A model generated the notes under the pieces. That model had not been told where the DNA came from and did not search any database. It saw nothing but the letters and a program-made list of their open reading frames with translations. DNA of 64,000 nucleotides. Origin: Cytophagales bacterium. GTDB lineage: Bacteria; Bacteroidota; Bacteroidia; Cytophagales; CCMP332. The stretch is taken from positions 22,653-86,652 of the forward strand of contig JANQSY010000190.1 of the NCBI GenBank assembly GCA_028279065.1, in the 5' to 3' direction. Numbering within the stretch: position 1 is the first letter of the stretch; each line of letters starts with the position of its first letter. Made by a program: the position numbers and the translations under genes. This document shows positions 40,051-49,265 of this stretch, in pieces.

Positions 40051-40994
40051 TTTTTGTCTTTCTGATATGCCTCGATGATCTTCTTGACCAGTTTATGCCT
40101 GGTTACATCCTCAGGTCCAAATTCAACGATCTCAATTCCCTTTGTTCCTTTCAAAATAGAAACAGAATGGTCCAAGCCAGAGATCGAGTTTGGTTTTAGA
40201 TCAACCTGTGATCTGTCACCATTGATTATCATTTTTGAGTTTGGTCCCATTCGGGTAAGGAACATCTTCATTTGCATTGGAGAGGTGTTTTGAGCCTCAT
40301 CCAAAAGGACAAATGCATTGTCCAGGGTCCTGCCTCTCATATAGGCCAATGGAGCAATTTCAATGATATTCTTTTCAAAATAGTCTTTCAGCTTTTCTGA
40401 AGGAACCAGATCATGTAGTGCATCATAGATCGGCTTCAGGTAGGGGTCGATCTTTTCCTTAAGATCCCCGGGAAGAAAACCAAGGTTTTCCCCTGCTTCC
40501 ACTACAGGTCTGGTTATGATGATCTTTTTTACCTCTTTTTCTCTCAGGGCTCTTACAGCCAGAGCTACCGAAAGAAAAGTCTTTCCGGTGCCGGCGGGCC
40601 CAAATGCAAAAACAATATCATTTTTGAAAACCGATTGAACAAAGACCTCTTGGTTTTTGGTTTTCGGCCTTATGATCTTTCCTCGGGAGCCATATGCTAT
40701 GATCGCCTGATCTGCTTTGCTTTCTATTTGTTCCTCTGAGCCGTTTTGTTGAAGCAGGTTTTGAACTTTTTCAGGGGATACCTTTCCATATCGATGGTAA
40801 TGCTGGATCAGGGATTGGATAATATCCTCAATGCGAATGATCTCGTTTGAAGAGCCCTGAATTTTTATCTGGTTCCCACGGGACACCAGCTTAGATTTAG
40901 GAAAGGCATTTGCTACCTCCTTGATGTTCTGATTATGCTGCCCCAGAAACTCTGGAAGGGAGATATTTTCTAATGTTATGACCTTTTCTACCAA
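40047..40994 (-). CDS. PhoH-family ATPase (YbeZ-like)
   Basis: 315-aa ORF with Walker A (GPAGTGKTF), Walker B (VLLDEAQN) and the PhoH block GDRSQVDL. Confidence 0.92.
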   Translation of the reverse strand: MVEKVITLENISLPEFLGQHNQNIKEVANAFPKSKLVSRGNQIKIQGSSNEIIRIEDIIQSLIQHYHRYGKVSPEKVQNLLQQNGSEEQIESKADQAIIAYGSRGKIIRPKTKNQEVFVQSVFKNDIVFAFGPAGTGKTFLSVALAVRALREKEVKKIIITRPVVEAGENLGFLPGDLKEKIDPYLKPIYDALHDLVPSEKLKDYFEKNIIEIAPLAYMRGRTLDNAFVLLDEAQNTSPMQMKMFLTRMGPNSKMIINGDRSQVDLKPNSISGLDHSVSILKGTKGIEIVEFGPEDVTRHKLVKKIIEAYQKDKK

Positions 40995-41065
40995 TCTGAT
41001 CCTCCTGTTAATGGCCTTATTTGGCTATTTTGGTGCCCTCAAAATTACAAACTTCAAAGGCTTAA

Positions 41066-41845
41066 ATGGCGATAATCACCCTCTTGACCGATTATGGGGA
41101 TAAAGACCACTACGTGGCTGCCATCAAAGCAAAAATACTTGAAGGAAACCACAGAGGTACTATCGTCGACATTACTCATAACGTACCGCCCTTTAATATA
41201 ATTCATGCTTCACAGGTCCTCAAATCGGTTTTTAGGAGCTTTCCGGAGGGAAGCGTCCACCTTGTAGATGTTTACGCCCATGGCCAACGGAATTCCTCAG
41301 CCGTGGCTCTGAAACTTGAAGGGCATTTTTTTGTTGGGCCAAACAATGGGATCTTTTCATTGATAAGCGACAAAAATCCGGATGTGATAGTCGAGCTGGT
41401 GCAAAATGACCAGGGAAAGAAATCTTTTCCTGCCAGGAACATAATGGCAAAGGCCGCATTGGAGCTTTCCCATGGAAAGGAGCCAACCAGTCTGGGGAAT
41501 CATTGTTCAAACTTCATAAAACTGAGATCGCTTGAATACAGAGTTTCCAGTGATGAGATCCTTGGTTATATAATCCATATCGATTCATATGGAAATGCGA
41601 TCTCGAATATTCCCAAAAAGGCCTTTGAAGAACTTCATAAACAGGCTGGGCGAAAATTCAGAATTGAGTTTGGGAGGGATACTATTCACAGAATTTCCGA
41701 CTCCTATGGAGAATCCCCCGAGGGGGAGATCGTAGCCATTTTTAACGACCAGGACCTTCTTGAAATCTCGATCTGTGAGGGTGATGCCTCAGCCTTATTG
41801 GGTCTTGAATATGAAGCTTTGGTAAAAGTTGTTTTTTCCCCATGA
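41066..41845 (+). CDS. SAM hydrolase / SAM-dependent halogenase-family protein (DUF62, SAM hydroxide adenosyltransferase-like)
   Basis: 259-aa ORF. The N-terminus IITLLTDYGDKDHYVAAIKAKIL plus HLVDV and GPNNG blocks are typical of DUF62. Confidence 0.8.
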   Translation: MAIITLLTDYGDKDHYVAAIKAKILEGNHRGTIVDITHNVPPFNIIHASQVLKSVFRSFPEGSVHLVDVYAHGQRNSSAVALKLEGHFFVGPNNGIFSLISDKNPDVIVELVQNDQGKKSFPARNIMAKAALELSHGKEPTSLGNHCSNFIKLRSLEYRVSSDEILGYIIHIDSYGNAISNIPKKAFEELHKQAGRKFRIEFGRDTIHRISDSYGESPEGEIVAIFNDQDLLEISICEGDASALLGLEYEALVKVVFSP

Positions 41846-42129
41846 TCATCAGGATAGTCAGGATGAGTTTCCGACCGGATTCTGAAAAAGAGTTTGTTGA
41901 TTTCTTCAATGCCAACAAGGAAAAGATCAGAGCATTTCCTGGCTGTACAAGGGTTGAATTGCTAAAGGATGTCCGAAATCCGGGTGTCTATTCGACTTAT
42001 AGCCATTGGGATTCAGAAGAAGATCTGGAGAATTACAGGCACTCCGAATTATTCAAAGGGGTTTGGGGCAGGACCAAGACTTTTTTCACTGACAAGCCCT
42101 CAGCGCATTCGTACGAGATCGTGGAGTAA
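41842..42129 (+). CDS. ABM-domain (antibiotic biosynthesis monooxygenase-like) protein
   Basis: 95-aa ORF with a ferredoxin-like ABM pattern (IVRMSF...F...I..FPGC..VELL.D...P.VY.T.S.W.SEEDLENYR.S). It has an ATGA overlap with the upstream gene. Confidence 0.7.
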   Translation: MIIRIVRMSFRPDSEKEFVDFFNANKEKIRAFPGCTRVELLKDVRNPGVYSTYSHWDSEEDLENYRHSELFKGVWGRTKTFFTDKPSAHSYEIVE

Positions 42130-42166
42130 GGAAAAATGTGATAAGGGAGGGCCGAGCGTTAAAATG

Positions 42167-42186
42167 AAATCCAGTGGATTTTTTTG
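42167..42186 (+). terminator. putative rho-independent terminator after the ABM gene
   Basis: AAATCC-AGT-GGATTT forms a 6-bp stem followed by a T run. The 3-nt loop is tight. Confidence 0.5.
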
Positions 42187-42332
42187 GTGAGGAGCCGGGG
42201 AAGGAGATTTAGGCTTGGAAAAGCCAAATCGACTGCGCAGGGTTGCTCCTCCCTTCGGCAGGTAGAGATAGAAGCCGGCTACCTTTGTATGAATTGGCAA
42301 AGCCTTTTGAACTAAAGAGGAGAGGAAGGATG

Positions 42333-42414
42333 TGCCGAAGGGGGGAATCGAACCCCCACTCCCGAAAGAACACGAGTTTGAGTCGTGCGCGTCTACCAGT
42401 TCCGCCACTTCGGC
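42333..42414 (-). tRNA. tRNA-Leu (anticodon CAA), type II with long variable arm
   Basis: The minus strand reads GCCGAAG-TG-GCG-GAACTGGTAGA-CGC-G-CACGA-CTCAAAC-TCGTG-TTCTTTCGGGAGT-GGGGG-TTCGATT-CCCCC-CTTCGGC-A. This is a full cloverleaf of 82 nt. CCA is not encoded. Confidence 0.95.
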
Positions 42415-42605
42415 TTTGAGATCCTCAAAGAGAGCGCAAAACTAATCAGTGACGAGAATTACGCAATAAAATATGCTTTGGATCTACAGGGATTTGCCAA
42501 AATGACCAGAAGTTTGTCCATTCTCAAAAACAGTGAGTAAATCCCACATGGATTGTTTTTTAAATGGTATAGATCCATTTTCCTATTTTTATACCCCGAG
42601 AAGTC

Positions 42606-42914
42606 ATGGCAACCAAAGCCTACTCCCGGAAGAAAACACAAAAAAGGACCAGGAAGTCTCCCTGGGCCAGGCTGAAAGTCTCTCTCTCCAAAAACCTGTT
42701 TGACGATAGCATCACCGAGATAAGAACCCTACAAAACGAGGTTATCGGTACTATCAATTCCATCGGGATAAGGAAATTCCAGGTTAAGAATTACAGGTCA
42801 GATATAGTAGAACTCTCCACCTTCAAGGATTCCCGAAACTTTATTTTGAAATCCTATTACTTCGCCGGGAGGCCCGTGGAGTTTGACAAGGATCTTCAGC
42901 TTAATCTTTTTTAG
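42606..42914 (+). CDS. hypothetical small protein with a very basic N-terminus
   Basis: 102-aa ORF with an ATG start, beginning MATKAYSRKKTQKRTRKSPWARLK. No recognisable motif. The 3' end overlaps the convergent glycosyltransferase by 14 nt. Confidence 0.45.
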   Translation: MATKAYSRKKTQKRTRKSPWARLKVSLSKNLFDDSITEIRTLQNEVIGTINSIGIRKFQVKNYRSDIVELSTFKDSRNFILKSYYFAGRPVEFDKDLQLNLF

Positions 42915-44163
42915 GATTAAGGATGAAGTCGACAAGTTCATTTTCGAAGTCCTCAAGCTTCATATGCTCTGCGATCTGTTTTGCCTGCCTCAAATAAGCC
43001 TCGTTTTCAAAAAGGTCTTTTAAGCATACCACAAGGTTAAACGCACTAATTTTTTCAATCCTAACGCCTTTAGGGCCTGCGCCTTTCTCGGCAATGATCT
43101 TATCCCAAACAAATTGATCAATTATATGGGGTATTATCATTGATGGGCATCCATATTTCAATGCAAGGTGTGTTGTTCCAGCTCCACCATGATGAACCAC
43201 AGCATAGACCCTTGGAAAAATCCAATCATAAGGAATGCCTTTAATGAAATGGAATTTAGCCTGATCGTATTCCTCTGGTTCCATTAATCCACCAAAAGCC
43301 GTATTGAATATGGCCGGAGCTCCAATTCCGGAGAAGGCCTCCATCAGCGCTCTCGTTTTTCCTTCAGGGTCTGGATTGGTCATGCTGCCAAAGGTGACAA
43401 AGACGACCTTTGGATTTTGGTTTAAAAAATTTAGCAATTCGGCTTCAGGGTTGAAATTTGATTTTTTTTCCCGTTCAGGATATCCCATGACCCTTAGGTT
43501 GGATCCCCAGTATTCGGGCCTGGAAAATAGGCTTGGGGATATAGTATATACTCCTCGGTTACTTCTCAAAGCCGATTTTATCCTTTGGGTTGAAATCCTT
43601 GGTTTTGGCTCCAAACCTGAAATGGATTTTTTTATGGTGGAAGCTAATCCGAACTCAGCCAACCAATAGGTGAACCGGTTTATAATCTCTCCATAATTTT
43701 TTGTGAACGCGACGTGGGCATGCCCTTTTACATAATGAAGATATGGTACTGGACTTTCCAAGGTTATCGTTTCTGGCTTGTTCAGGCCCCAAATGACTGG
43801 GTATATTGCCTTACCATTGTAAATAATGCGGTCAGGATTGATACGATCTATGATCTTAACTTGTCTAAGGAAAATCAGTTTATTTATGGGGAAGGACTTT
43901 TTGGCCAGTTTTATATAAGCGAGGATCTTGCTAAATCCGGAACCTGCTGCGCCCAAAGCCTTTTTTCCAACATCACTTTCCAAGAGCTCGATAAATTCTG
44001 GACCAAGGGATTCGAATTCCAGCCCGGATTCCTCTGCCAATTCCCTGAACTGTTCTGGGAGAACAGCAAATACTTGATGATCCCTTTTCTTAAGCAGGCT
44101 TCCAATTGCCAGAAGTGGTTCCACATCTCCTCTGGATCCAATTGAGATAACAAGAATTTTCAT
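42901..44163 (-). CDS. GT1-family UDP-glycosyltransferase (MGT / sterol / carotenoid glycosyltransferase-like)
   Basis: 420-aa ORF. The N-terminus is MKILVISIGSRGDVEPLLAIG. The C-terminal nucleotide-sugar motif is HHGGAGTTHLALKYGCPSMIIPHIIDQFVW. Confidence 0.82.
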   Translation of the reverse strand: MKILVISIGSRGDVEPLLAIGSLLKKRDHQVFAVLPEQFRELAEESGLEFESLGPEFIELLESDVGKKALGAAGSGFSKILAYIKLAKKSFPINKLIFLRQVKIIDRINPDRIIYNGKAIYPVIWGLNKPETITLESPVPYLHYVKGHAHVAFTKNYGEIINRFTYWLAEFGLASTIKKSISGLEPKPRISTQRIKSALRSNRGVYTISPSLFSRPEYWGSNLRVMGYPEREKKSNFNPEAELLNFLNQNPKVVFVTFGSMTNPDPEGKTRALMEAFSGIGAPAIFNTAFGGLMEPEEYDQAKFHFIKGIPYDWIFPRVYAVVHHGGAGTTHLALKYGCPSMIIPHIIDQFVWDKIIAEKGAGPKGVRIEKISAFNLVVCLKDLFENEAYLRQAKQIAEHMKLEDFENELVDFILNPKKD

Positions 44164-44205
44164 TTGGGAACTGGTCGGATTATTGGCTCTTTAAGAAGAA
44201 TGAAA

Positions 44206-44901
44206 TTATTGTAGCCAAAACATTCCCTGATCTTCTATATTCAAACGGATTATTCCGTACTCCTTGTTAAAAAATACCTGGTCTAATGGAATAGAATGAG
44301 AGGCATAAAAACGCATGGATATAACGTCCCTGTATAGCCTGCCACCTTTGACTATATCACCAACCTCCCTTTGGCCATAGGAGTAGATCGAATCATTAAT
44401 GAAAAAGCTGGAGAAAACCTCAAAATTATCTTCAGGATGCCATTCATTTTCCCTTGTCCTAATTTCAAGACTTACTTCACCCTCTTTTGTCCTTGTTCCG
44501 TAGTAAGAGCCATAATAGTAAGGATACCTCCGAGGCCCTATCCTAAGCATTAGATCGTATCTCAGAGTCCCTACCTGGAAGCGGTTCAGATCTATCCCCA
44601 TTGCGGTATAATAGTAATGCCGTTTCCTATGAGCTGTCCACTCACAACCCGAGTCGAAATCATAGTTGTCCTTTTGGAAATGGTAGAAGGTGTCCTCTTT
44701 GAAATAAACCATCAATTTTATCCGATTGCCGACGGAATCCAAAAAGATCCTTTCTTCTCCCTCTGTGTAGGGGTCCCATTCCTTCTCTCCTTGTCTAATT
44801 TTTCTGGATTCGGTGTATTGGTCTTCGCAGGACTCATTGCTGCATCCTTTTATTAAAAGAAAAGAGAAGGCCAGAATGGAAAAAGCTAATTTCAGCAGCA
44901 T
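44206..44901 (-). CDS. hypothetical lipoprotein (Tyr/Arg-rich)
   Basis: 231-aa ORF with a lipobox (LLIKGC). No family recognised. Confidence 0.55.
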   Translation of the reverse strand: MLLKLAFSILAFSFLLIKGCSNESCEDQYTESRKIRQGEKEWDPYTEGEERIFLDSVGNRIKLMVYFKEDTFYHFQKDNYDFDSGCEWTAHRKRHYYYTAMGIDLNRFQVGTLRYDLMLRIGPRRYPYYYGSYYGTRTKEGEVSLEIRTRENEWHPEDNFEVFSSFFINDSIYSYGQREVGDIVKGGRLYRDVISMRFYASHSIPLDQVFFNKEYGIIRLNIEDQGMFWLQ

Positions 44902-44960
44902 GGATAAGGTTTGCAGTCATAAAACTATGACTATTTTGAAGATTTCCGATTATCCAGGGA

Positions 44961-45134
44961 TTAAGAATTCCCCTTAAGGGCAAGGATCTTCTCTTCCACC
45001 TCTTTTGCCTGCTCGGTCTTGATGGCATACCCCTTTATGTCTCCATTTCTCTGGAGTTCCATTGCTTCTTTTTGAAGGACAGCCAGCCTTTTTCTAAGGC
45101 GCTTTGCGGGGTTGGGTTTAAACAGAGAAATCAT
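44961..45134 (-). CDS. small helical protein (Lacal_2735-like family)
   Basis: I chose ATG 45134, giving a 57-aa product MISLFKPNPAKRLRKRLAVLQKEAMELQRNGDIKGYAIKTEQAKEVEEKILALK. The longer track ORF would overlap the upstream DUF2147 gene. Confidence 0.55.
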   Translation of the reverse strand: MISLFKPNPAKRLRKRLAVLQKEAMELQRNGDIKGYAIKTEQAKEVEEKILALKGNS

Positions 45135-45169
45135 AATTAACTTATTAACCCAGGTGGGAGATAATGGTT

Positions 45170-45580
45170 TTATTCTATCCTCTCGAATTCTTCTGTTCTT
45201 CCGATCCAGGAAAACCCTATATAGCCTCTGACCTTCAGGATCTTTCCATCTTCGATGAGCCACATATTGCACTTATAGGTATTTCCACTTTGGGGATCGT
45301 AGATCATTCCGTTCCACTCGTCATCGTCCGGGTCAAAGACAAAGTCATAAAACAGATCCAATCCTACCTTTTTTCTCGATCTGAGCTTTTCATCGGGATT
45401 TTCAGTATCAAGCTCTTCCGGCCTTTCGGACCATACCAGCTTTCCATAGTATTTCCCTTCCTTTTCATAAACCTGGATCTTGCCGTCCTTGTCAGGTGAC
45501 CAGAATAACCCGACGCAGTCATTCTTATCGGTGGCATAAGTGATTAGTGGTAATAGGAGTATGGTCAATATTTTGCTCAT
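45170..45580 (-). CDS. DUF2147-domain secreted protein
   Basis: 136-aa ORF with a signal peptide. The DUF2147 pattern is GLFWSPDKDGKIQVYEKEGKYYGKLVW...W.G.IYDPQSGNTYKC. Confidence 0.75.
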   Translation of the reverse strand: MSKILTILLLPLITYATDKNDCVGLFWSPDKDGKIQVYEKEGKYYGKLVWSERPEELDTENPDEKLRSRKKVGLDLFYDFVFDPDDDEWNGMIYDPQSGNTYKCNMWLIEDGKILKVRGYIGFSWIGRTEEFERIE

Positions 45581-45632
45581 TGGGATCCTGCTTTTTTGAA
45601 ATATTTAAATTGCGAGGCCAAATCTAAACCCC

Positions 45633-48065
45633 ATGTGGAGAACTAAACAATTTTTTGCCCTACTTGTTGCCTTCACCCTCTTGCATTCAGGAAAGATCCT
45701 TGCTGGAAAAAATGATCCGAAAGAAGGACCGATCAAAAAACTGGTTAAAGGTTTCAAGAAATATCCAGGGTTCTTTGATTTCTACTGGGACGAATCCACA
45801 GGATCGATCTTTCTGGAGATCGATGAATTCGATAAAGAGTTTCTCTATGTGTATGGATTAGCCGCTGGTGTTGGCTCTAATGATCTCGGCCTGGACCGAG
45901 GGCAATTGGCTCGGGAGCGGATATTGAAATTCATCCGGTCAGGACCGAAAGTAATGCTTCTCCAGCCAAACTATGATTTCAGGGCAACTTCAGATAATGA
46001 ATTGGAGGTAAGAGCGGTAGAGGAAGCCTTTGCATCATCGATCTGGTGGGGATTTTCGGTTGAAGCTGAGGAAGATGGGAAAGTACTGATCAATATCACG
46101 GATTTTTTGATCCGGGATTCTCATGGTGTTGCCGAGCGACTTGCGGCATGGGAACAGGGTAACTATTCGGTGGACCCAAGCCGATCCGCCATCTATCTGG
46201 AACGGACAAAGAACTTTCCTAAGAACTCTGAATTTGAAGCCATAGTGACTCTTAAGGGTCAGGATAAGGGTTATTACATCCGGTCAGTCACTCCATATGC
46301 GAAAGCGGTTACGGTGAGAAATCATCATTCTTTCGTTGAACTTCCCGATCGGGGATATAAGGAGAGGGATTATGATATCCGAAGTGGGTTTAACTACATC
46401 AACTATCAGGATTTTGGAACAAGGATCTCTGAACCTTTGGTTCAAAGAAAATTGGTCAGGCACCGATTGGAGAAGAAAGATCCGAATGCAGGGCAAAGTG
46501 AGGTTGTGGAACCTATTATCTATTACCTGGATCAGGGCGCCCCGGAACCCATAAGGTCAGCATTATTGGATGGCGCTGGGTGGTGGGCTGAAGCTTTTGA
46601 TAAGGCTGGATTTAAAGATGGATTCCAGGTGCAACTTCTTCCAGACACCATAGATCCATTGGATATCCGCTATAATGTGATCCAGTGGATTCATCGATCC
46701 ACTCGTGGCTGGTCCTATGGGAATTCCATAATAGATCCCAGGACCGGTGAGATTATCAAGGGACATGTTTCCCTGGGTTCTCAACGGGTAAGGCAAGATT
46801 TTCTGATTGCTGTGGGACTACTTGGGCCTTATAACGGGGGAGATCCATCTGAGGCTGAAGCAATGGCTTTGGCGAGATTAAGGCAGCTATCCGCCCACGA
46901 GGTGGGACATACCCTTGGATTGATGCACAATTTTGCTGCATCGGTTAACGACAGGGCATCTGTAATGGATTATCCCCATCCTCTGATAAAAATGAATGAA
47001 AATGGAGAAATAGATCTTTCTGATGCTTATGATGTGGGTGTGGGTGAGTGGGATAAGTGGGCTATCAAATTTGGATATGCTGAATCCGAATCCGAATTAA
47101 GTGCCATTATGAAGGAGAGGTTTGAGAAAAACCTGCTTTACATATCTGATATGGATGCAAGGCCCTTAGGAGGAGCTCATCCATATGCTCACTTGTGGGA
47201 TAACAATACCGATCCTGCGTATGAGTTGGATCGCCTTCTCGAGATCAGAAGCAAGCTTTTGCAGGACTTTGATTATGATCGGGTCGCGGAAAATGCACCG
47301 CTTGCTACCGTAGAGGATGCCCTTGTTCCGATTTATTTCATGCATAGGTACCAGCTAGAGGGCACGGCCAAATTGATAGGAGGACTGGATTACTCATATT
47401 CCATAAAGGGTGATGGTCAGGTTGAAACTAAAATGCTGGAACCTGAATGGCAGAATCGGGCCCTGGAAAGCCTTATGGCATGTATTTTACCTGAAAACCT
47501 TTCTATACCACCAGACCTTCTAGGAAAAATTCCGCCTCGGCCACCTTCATATGAAAGGGGAAGGGAAAATTTTCCATCCAGAACAGGGGTGATGTTCGAT
47601 CCGCTTTCGGCAGCTGAAACACTCGCAGATAAGGTTCTGATGTTTCTGTTCAACCGGGAAAGGGCTACTCGCTTGGAGCAATTTCATGCTCAGAATTCTG
47701 AGGTTCCTTCTTTTTTAGAGTTGGTCGAAAGGGTAATAAACTCTACCTGGAAGGGAAAAAGGCAAGCGGGTCTTAACAATGAGATCCAAAAAGCTACAGA
47801 GATCAGGGTATTGCTTAGGCTGCTGGACATTGCTGGATCAAAGGGATCTGCAGAAAATATCAGGTCAGCTGCTCTCTATGGAATAAAGGATATAGAAGCA
47901 TATTGTAACCGTCGGCTCCATGCTGGTACCAATGATCAGGATCACTACATGTATGGGGTCTTTTTGATAGAGCAGTTTGAGAGTGATCCTTCAAGATTCA
48001 ATTTGCCCCCATCTCCCAAGATGCCGGATGGATCACCGATTGGGATGGACTGTGTGACTGACTGA
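45633..48065 (+). CDS. secreted zinc-dependent metalloprotease (DUF5117/DUF4953-type)
   Basis: 810-aa ORF with a signal peptide. The motif HEVGHTLGLMHNF is followed by SVMDYP. Size and layout are typical of this Bacteroidota protease family. Confidence 0.8.
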   Translation: MWRTKQFFALLVAFTLLHSGKILAGKNDPKEGPIKKLVKGFKKYPGFFDFYWDESTGSIFLEIDEFDKEFLYVYGLAAGVGSNDLGLDRGQLARERILKFIRSGPKVMLLQPNYDFRATSDNELEVRAVEEAFASSIWWGFSVEAEEDGKVLINITDFLIRDSHGVAERLAAWEQGNYSVDPSRSAIYLERTKNFPKNSEFEAIVTLKGQDKGYYIRSVTPYAKAVTVRNHHSFVELPDRGYKERDYDIRSGFNYINYQDFGTRISEPLVQRKLVRHRLEKKDPNAGQSEVVEPIIYYLDQGAPEPIRSALLDGAGWWAEAFDKAGFKDGFQVQLLPDTIDPLDIRYNVIQWIHRSTRGWSYGNSIIDPRTGEIIKGHVSLGSQRVRQDFLIAVGLLGPYNGGDPSEAEAMALARLRQLSAHEVGHTLGLMHNFAASVNDRASVMDYPHPLIKMNENGEIDLSDAYDVGVGEWDKWAIKFGYAESESELSAIMKERFEKNLLYISDMDARPLGGAHPYAHLWDNNTDPAYELDRLLEIRSKLLQDFDYDRVAENAPLATVEDALVPIYFMHRYQLEGTAKLIGGLDYSYSIKGDGQVETKMLEPEWQNRALESLMACILPENLSIPPDLLGKIPPRPPSYERGRENFPSRTGVMFDPLSAAETLADKVLMFLFNRERATRLEQFHAQNSEVPSFLELVERVINSTWKGKRQAGLNNEIQKATEIRVLLRLLDIAGSKGSAENIRSAALYGIKDIEAYCNRRLHAGTNDQDHYMYGVFLIEQFESDPSRFNLPPSPKMPDGSPIGMDCVTD

Positions 48066-48166
48066 ATGTCGCGGATTAAATAAAGAAAGGGACCTCCTTT
48101 TTTTAGAATCTCAGACATTTTTAAACATGGCACTTTTTATGGGGTTCATAGTAAAAATGATATCCT

Positions 48167-48892
48167 ATGAAAACGGTATTTCATCCAAATAAGGAAAGAG
48201 GTCATGCCAATCACGGATGGTTGGATACTCGTCATAGCTTTAGTTTTGCAGGTTTTTATGATCCTGAAAGAACCAATTTTGGAGCCTTAAGGGTTCTTAA
48301 TGATGATGTGGTAAGTGGAGGCGGAGGATTTGGAACTCACCCCCACGAGAACATGGAGATCATATCTATTCCATTGTCCGGTAGCCTAAGGCATAAGGAT
48401 AGTATGGGCAATGTTCACGTGATCAAGGAGAACGATGTCCAGGTCATGTCGGCTGGGACCGGTGTTGCTCATTCGGAGTACAATGAAAGCTTTGATGACC
48501 CTGTAAACTTCCTACAGATTTGGATCTTCCCCGATCAAAAAGGGGTGGAGCCTAGGTATGCCCAGGAGTATTATCAACCCTCAGGCAGGAAAGGCAAATT
48601 TCAATTAATGCTTTCTCCCAAGGATAAGGGAGGACAGATATGGGCCCACCAAAACTCCTGGATTTCAAGAGGGGAATTTGAAGAAGGTGATTCCGCAGAG
48701 ATCGGGGTAAACTCCAAGGGAAATGGGCTATATATTCTCTTGCTTTCAGGTGCGGTCAGGATCGCTGACCAGAAACTGGAAAACAAGGATGCCCTAGGCA
48801 TTTGGGAGACTGAAAAGGTGACAATCGAGGTATTAGAGAACTCAGATATCCTTACGATCGAGGTCCCAATGGAGGAATCTAATTGGATTTGA
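48167..48892 (+). CDS. pirin-family cupin protein
   Basis: 241-aa ORF with GFGTHPHENMEIISIPLSG and SAGTGVAHSE cupin motifs. Confidence 0.9.
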   Translation: MKTVFHPNKERGHANHGWLDTRHSFSFAGFYDPERTNFGALRVLNDDVVSGGGGFGTHPHENMEIISIPLSGSLRHKDSMGNVHVIKENDVQVMSAGTGVAHSEYNESFDDPVNFLQIWIFPDQKGVEPRYAQEYYQPSGRKGKFQLMLSPKDKGGQIWAHQNSWISRGEFEEGDSAEIGVNSKGNGLYILLLSGAVRIADQKLENKDALGIWETEKVTIEVLENSDILTIEVPMEESNWI

Positions 48893-49265
48893 GCAAGTCT
48901 TTGACCTTGGATTCTATCATATCCCGGATCTCATTAAACTCCGCACCTTCCAGGTTTCTTGGATCCGGGATGTCCCAGTCAATATGTTGTTTAGCCGGTA
49001 TCCATGGGCATTCGTCTCCACATCCCATGGTAACCACGTACTCATAAGGCCCCTCGGCAATTTCATCAACGGATTTGGATTCATGGGTGCTTAGGTCGTA
49101 ACCAAGTTCAGCCATCGACTTTATCGCTTTTGGATTGACTATTCCTGAAGGCTGTGAACCCGCGCTATAAGCTTCAATTTCCTCTCCGCCATGGATCTTA
49201 GCAAAAGCCTGGGCCATTTGACTGCGGTTGGAATTTTCGATGCAAACAAAAAGGAACTTCTTCAT
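48879..49265 (-). CDS. arsC: arsenate reductase, LMW-PTP / thioredoxin-coupled type
   Basis: The P-loop is FVCIENSNRSQMA (C-x5-R-S), with downstream redox cysteines in TMGCGDECPW. The ATG at 49263-49265 overlaps the upstream aquaporin stop (ATGA). Confidence 0.85.
   Translation of the reverse strand: MKKFLFVCIENSNRSQMAQAFAKIHGGEEIEAYSAGSQPSGIVNPKAIKSMAELGYDLSTHESKSVDEIAEGPYEYVVTMGCGDECPWIPAKQHIDWDIPDPRNLEGAEFNEIRDMIESKVKDLLKSN

Noticed and set aside
42189-42283. The intergenic structure could be the small bacterial SRP (4.5S) RNA, because of CCGAAGGGAGGAGCAACC on the minus strand and CCGGGGAAGGAG on the plus strand.
   Set aside because: The conserved helix-8 layout does not fit on either strand. 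That layout is a GNRA tetraloop flanked by the AGCA-containing symmetric loop and a matching 5' strand.
42100-42408. A 102-aa ORF in the six-frame track.
   Set aside because: It reads straight through tRNA-Leu and the structured spacer, and its composition is not protein-like.
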